This document shows positions 58,250-64,000 of a stretch of DNA of 64,000 bases, in pieces. The stretch lies in assembly GCA_950097015.1 (NCBI GenBank), contig CATNEN010000031.1, forward strand, positions 2,108,001 to 2,172,000, read 5' to 3'. The translations under genes and the position numbers were made by a program. This DNA comes from Macrostomum hystrix. Its lineage: Eukaryota > Animalia > Platyhelminthes. The notes beneath the pieces were generated by a model. It did no database searches and was not told the DNA's origin. It worked only from the letters and a program-made list of their open reading frames with translations. Within the stretch, counting starts at the first letter, position 1. The number at the start of each line of letters is the position of its first letter.

Positions 58250-60530
58250 TGCTCGTATGGAATGGAATGTGAGTGGATTGTCTATGGTCAGATGGAATAG
58301 AAAGGGAGGGGATTGTCTATGGTCAGATGGAATGGGAAGGGAGTGGATTGTCTATGGTCAGATGGAATGGAGAAGAATTCGAATGTCTATGATCAGATGG
58401 AATGGAGAAGAAGACGATTGTCTATGATCAGATGGAATGGAAAGGGAGTGGATTGTCTATGGCCAGATGGAATGGAAAGGGAGTGGATTGTCTATGATCA
58501 GATGGAGTGGAAAGGGAGTGGATTGTCTATGATCAGATGGAATGGAGAAGAAGACGATTGTCTATGGTCAGATGGAATGGAAAGGGAGTGGATTGTCTAT
58601 GGCCAGATGGAATGGAAAGGGAGTGGATTGTCTATGATCAGATGGAGTGGAAAGGGAGTGGATTGTCTATGATCAGATGGAATGGAGAAGAAGACGATTG
58701 TCTATGGTCAGATGGAATGGAGAAGAAGACGATTGTCTATGATCAGATGGAATGGAGAAGAATTCGAATGTCTATGATCAGATGGAATGGAGAAGAAGAC
58801 GATTGTCTATGATCAGATGGAATGGAAAGGGAGTGGATTGTCTATGATCAGATGGAATGGAAAGGGAGTGGATTGTCTATGGCCAGATGGAATGGAAAGG
58901 GAGTGGATTGTCTATGATCAGATGGAGTGGAAAGGGAGTGGATTGTCTATGATCAGATGGAATGGAAAGGTAGTGGATTGTCTAGGGCCAGATGGAATGG
59001 AAAGGGAGTGGATTGTCTATGATCAGATGGAGTGGAAAGGGAGTGGATTGTCTATGATCAGATGGAATGGAAAGGGAGTGGATTGTCTATGGCCAGATGG
59101 AATGGAAAGGGAGTGGATTGTCTATGATCAGATGGAGTGGAAAGGGAGTGGATTGTCTATGATCAGATGGAATGGAGAAGAAGTCAATTGTCTATGATCA
59201 GATGGAATGGAGAAGAAGTCAATTGTCTATGATCAGATGGAATGGAGAAGAAGGACATTGTCTATGATCAGATGGAATGGAGAAGAAGTCGATTGTCTAT
59301 GATCAGATGGAGTGGAAAGGGAGTGGATTGTCTATGATCAGATGGAATGGAGAAGAAGTCGATTGTCTATGATCAGATGGAGTGGAAAGGGAGTGGATTG
59401 TCTATGATCAGATGGAATGGAGAAGAAGTCGATTGTCTATGATCAGATGGAATGGAGAAGAAGTCGATTGTCTATGATCAGATGGAATGGAGAAGAAGTC
59501 GATTGTCTATGATCAGATGGAATGGAGAAGAAGTCGATTGTCTATGATCAGATGGAATGGAGAAAAAGTCGATTGTCTATGGTCAGATGGAATGGAAAGG
59601 GAGGGGATTGTCTATGTTCAGATGGAATGGAGAAAAAGTCAATTGTCTATGATCAGATGGAATGGAAAGGGAGTGGATTGTCTATGATCAGATGGAATGG
59701 AAAGGGAGTGGATTGTCTATGATCAGATGGAATGGAAAGGGAGGGGATTGTCTATGTTCAGATGGAATGGAGAAAAAGTCGATTGTCTATGATCAGATGG
59801 AATGGAAAGGGAGTGGATTGTCTATGATCAGATGGAATGGAAAGGGAGTGGATTGTCTATGGTCAGATGGAATGGAATGTGAGTGGATTGTCTATGGTCA
59901 GATGGAATGGAAAGGGAGGGCATTGTCTATGGTCAGATGGAATGGAAAGGGAGTGGATTGTCTATGGTCAGATGGAATGGAAAGGGAGTGGATTGTCTAT
60001 GGTCAGATGGAATGGAAAGGGAGTGGATTGTCTATGGTCAGATGAAATGGAAAGGGAGGGGATTGTCTATGGTCAGATGGAATGGAAAGGGAGGGGTTTG
60101 TCTATGGTCAGATGGAATGGAAAGGGAGTGGATTGTCTATGGTCAGATGAAATGGAAAGGGAGGGGATTGTCTATGGTCAGATGGAATGGAAAGGGAGGG
60201 GTTTGTCTATGGTCAGATGAAATGGAGAAGAAGACGATTGTCTATGATCAGATGGAATGGAAAGGGAGTGGATTGTCTATGGCCAGATGAAATGGAAAGG
60301 GAGGGGATTGTCTATGGTCAGATGAAATGGAAAGGGAGGGGATTGTCTATGGTCAGATGGAATGGAAAGGGAGGGGTTTGTCTATGGTCAGATGGAATGG
60401 AAAGGGAGTGGATTGTCTATGGTCAGATGAAATGGAAAGGGAGGGGATTGTCTATGGTCAGATGGAATGGAAAGGGAGGGGTTTGTCTATGGTCAGATGG
60501 AATGGAAAGGGAGTGGATTGTCTATGGTCA
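58250..60530. repeat. 35-bp minisatellite (GATTGTCTATGGTCAGATGGAATGGAAAGGGAGTG)n
   Basis: About 65 copies, with two interleaved subunit types (AAGGGAGTG versus GAAGAAGAC/GTC). Confidence 0.97.
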
Positions 60531-63410
60531 GTCTATCTAACAAGCGGAGACTGGAATTTTAAATCTAACAGGTGCTCTAATTCAAAACAGGTGACGAAGC
60601 CTCTTATGCTGAGTTGCTCATAGACTCTAATGGCCCTAATGGGCAGGCATTAAAACAAGTGGATTACTATGGAGGGTGGAGGAAGCAAAATGTGGTGTGG
60701 AGTGGAAGGAGCAACTCTCAGTGATTCCCAAGCTGCAGATGTCATTTGTGCTGCACACCTTCACCATATTAGAGTTAGATAAGCTTTTTCTTCCGCGCGA
60801 GAAAATAAGAGGAGAAGAAAGGTTTGAGAGACAAGGTGGGCAGCAGGAATTCAGTTCTCTGGACCTGAGAATGAGGAAAATCTTCCTAAAGCGTTTTTTA
60901 TTTTTAGGAGTGGTTGCAACAATTACTGCACTGCAATGGGTTATTTCTCTCACGAGGCTATAACTTTATTGGGAGCGTTACACTGGTAACTGCATGGGAG
61001 AAGACAAAAAGCCGTATATGTACGTGTGTACTTCCGCTGCTTTCAAGACCATTGTCTTCGTTGAGACCGCTGAAAATTCCTAGCTTCAGAACTCACTGAG
61101 AGACGGGTAGACGGAGGGTCGGACCGGGCGGATTCGCATTTAAACAATACGCATGGAGAAGTGGTTACGGAAGGGCAGGATGAAGAAGGTACGGCAGGTG
61201 CCATCTGGTCCAGGTGCGCGGGCCATGCAGTTGGTCGTTAGACCGCTTATCAACCGAGGCCATGGCAGATAATATAGGGAAGCATTAAGTACCAGTTGAG
61301 AACAGCCAACTTCCTAAACGATCGCACTGATTCTCGAGAAATACAGAGAAAACCGGATCCCAATTCGCCTTTAGATTTGGTGGTCCTGAGATCAAGGCGT
61401 GCAGGCCAGCTCTCTCCCTTTTATAGAATTGAATAAACCGGCAAACAGTGCAAAAGATCTGCGACATCTCCGCGCAGCCTTTTTATGCGATGCACTCAGA
61501 ACTATCCGCGCTCCGTTTTTCCACTGTGTAGCACGCATTAGCACAAAATTATGGTCTATTTTATAGGACGCAAAATACTTTTACAATTCGCGATGGTTCC
61601 TGAAGCATCATTACTGTCATGAACTTCGGCGTCTTTGTTTTTACGAAGGATGCAAGATAATTTTCCAATTCAAATTAACACTTATCTGCTTTATAGTAGA
61701 ATGCAAGAATATTGAAACTGCGCTCATCAATATTACTCAGCTGCAAATAGAATTTAAAGACATAGACAGTACGTCTAGTTTATCTTTAAAATCACAAAGC
61801 TAAAGGAACAGAGCAGAACAGTGGCATTAAACAACACTTAAAAGGCGTACATTAAACGTAATGTAAACATATCGATATATAATATCGAGTATATTTTTTT
61901 ATCGGGCTTGATTAAACCACGAAGCTTAAAAGTTGAAATCTAAAAAAACACACGACGAACAAATTTATGATGATGCGCATTCTTCTACCGGCCCAATTAA
62001 TTGTATTCTAGAAACAAGCCTACTCCGTTGAATAAACTCGTTTTGCAGTTTTTAACAAAGTAGTCTTTTTAAAAATAGTGGTATTTCTTTTAGCAAAAGA
62101 CCAGAAGCGTTGTTGCTTGATATTGTTAAAAAGTAATAAAAAAAGATATAGGCAAATTTTTTATGTGTGAAATTTGTTCTTTCTTACAATACAATACTGT
62201 ATCGAATTTTTAATTCAAGAATTAAAGATTGCCTGAGCGGCTCGTCTCAGCTTTGGCTCTGCCAGCTTATCTGAGCCAAACTACATACTACTACTAATAA
62301 TTCATTCGTGGCTCCGTGTAATTTAATATAATTTATCTAGTGTATAAATTAGTAGAATTAGTAATTAGTTCATTAATAATTAGTAGAGCCTGAACATGTA
62401 ATTGCTTGCAGCAAAAAGTTAAAACTAGTCAAAACTAAAGTAAGTCAAGCATCAAAACATCAAATGCAAAATAAATTTTTTAATATAAAAAGACGGTATA
62501 TATCATATAAAACAGAAGACAAATAAACATAAACAGAGCATAGACATAAGACAAACAAATTTAGAAGTATAGTTTAACCAATAGATTCTACTAGATTATT
62601 CTTTTTATAGCAATTGATAGTTATGATAAGTTTTTTAAAAGAATTTCGAGTATGCAAAAAGTTTATATGTCATAATTTATCATTGCCATGCCTATCAGGA
62701 TAAAAAGTACTTTTCATAGCTTATCTATTGCTTACAATGGATGCACATTTTATCTAGTTTATTCTAGATGTCTAATCTAGCTATTGTCCTTCAGTAGGAA
62801 ACATGTTTAAAGAAGCTATAAAAACTATGCTAGTATCAAATTGAATTTTAAAACCTGTTTTAGGTTCCAATTTTTATAAATATATAAAGTTGATTAAAAG
62901 TATAAAATAAATATCTAAAGAAAAATATAATTCCAAGTATCCGATGACTATGTCCGTGTTATAACTTATGTATAATATGTATAATGTTCAAAACTAAAAA
63001 ATAAGTACAATAAAAATTCAATTAGTCGGAAAGTAAAAAAATAATACATTTTCTTGTTTCATCTTAAGATAGTAATACTAATGATAATAATACTAAATTA
63101 CTAATAGCATAAGTAGCTATTTCTTTAATACATGCTAAATATTTCTTTTATGACAAAGCTATGATATGATGTATATATTATATTGGATTTAGATTGAATC
63201 ATTAATTAAATAAATTAAGCTGTATATGGGAAGAACCCTTTGAAAGAATGCAGTTTAAAGTTTTTACTAAATTAAGAGTTTTTGGAGCAATCTCACCCTA
63301 AACTTAATATTCATTTCAGCAAAAACCTATATTTCCCTAAATACACAAAAAACATAATTGAGGCCATCTCCCCCAGCTGATCCAAGAATCAAGATCCCAT
63401 CCACATCAAC

Positions 63411-63902
63411 ATGAAACTAAAGGCTCGTGCTTGCTTGCTTCTCATTTGCTGTGCCTGTTCCATCGCCATTCTCAGCCTTTTTCTGCTGCTGGCTATGACT
63501 GGCAGCTCTCCAGAAAACTGGCGGCATCAGCAGGCGCAGCCGATTCTTCGTCCACCATTGCCACGCGCCATTCTAGAAGCTGCCGGAGCTCGTCAGCGTC
63601 AGCAGCTTCAGTTGGGTATTGTTCTAGGCGTTGAGAATGACATTGCCGAGGTGCGTGACGAGCTGCTGCTAGGCAAGCCGCATGCCGGAGCCAATCACTC
63701 AGGCGGCGCTGTCGCCCATGGGACTGCCACGGCTGCCGTCGCTCCTGCCGCTGACCGTGCCGACGGCTTTGCCGTTCCTCCCCCTGTGGAAGTTCGCGCC
63801 CTGTGGGCTAATCTGCCATCCTCGCAGGGCAGGGAACACGGCGAAGGCGGCCGGGCAGTCAAAGTGGACAAGGAGAAACTGTCGGCTGTCGAAAAGAAAA
63901 AG
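63411..63902 (+). CDS. Exon 1 of a polypeptide N-acetylgalactosaminyltransferase (GALNT/pgant family); gene continues beyond the window
   Basis: Type II membrane N-terminus (short basic tail plus TM LLLICCACSIAILSLFLLLAM) and a stem region. GEGGRAVKVDKEKLSAVEKKK matches the GE.GK.V.vdK.kLs.eEK.k motif preceding the catalytic domain. GT donor at 63903, phase 0. Confidence 0.7.
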
Positions 63903-64000
63903 GTTTGATGCTATTTCGACTGCCTTTTTTCGCACTGTCACTTTGGGTAAACCATTATGTAGGAAACCCTACCTCCTAAGGTAGATACACGATATAAATT

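Noticed and set aside
60630-61470. GC-richer patches with short ORFs upstream of GALNT
   Set aside because: No recognisable domain or consistent frame. They may be old TE remnants but cannot be supported.
6130-63902. Co-occurrence of a mucin and the O-glycosylation-initiating GALNT in one window
   Set aside because: They are 55 kb apart, on opposite strands and separated by unrelated genes. There is no evidence of a functional cluster.

Overview
Eukaryotic (metazoan) genomic DNA with spliceosomal introns. The GC-rich, Gln/Ala-rich coding exons, tRNA-derived SINEs and very dense minisatellites suggest a flatworm such as Macrostomum; this is inference only. The left third is a compact run of five minus-strand genes: crooked neck/CRNKL1, glutathione S-transferase zeta, an Spt20-family SAGA subunit, a type I transmembrane mucin with an NPxY tail, and the 5' exons of an SDCCAG8-like centrosomal protein. 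The crn-GSTZ-Spt20 trio has an operon-like poly(A)-signal/3'-splice-site layout. The rest holds an internally deleted RTE-like LINE and an intronless secreted PAN/Apple plus LamG-like gene. A ~25 kb stretch with no recognisable host gene follows, made of minisatellites, SINEs and unique GC-rich islands, and includes a decayed Penelope-like element ending in a minimal hammerhead ribozyme. The window ends with an intronless FoxA gene and exon 1 of a polypeptide GalNAc-transferase. Two SINE families recur throughout. Most long ORFs in the supplied track are artefacts of tandem repeats. All homology calls come from motif recognition by eye; no database search was run.
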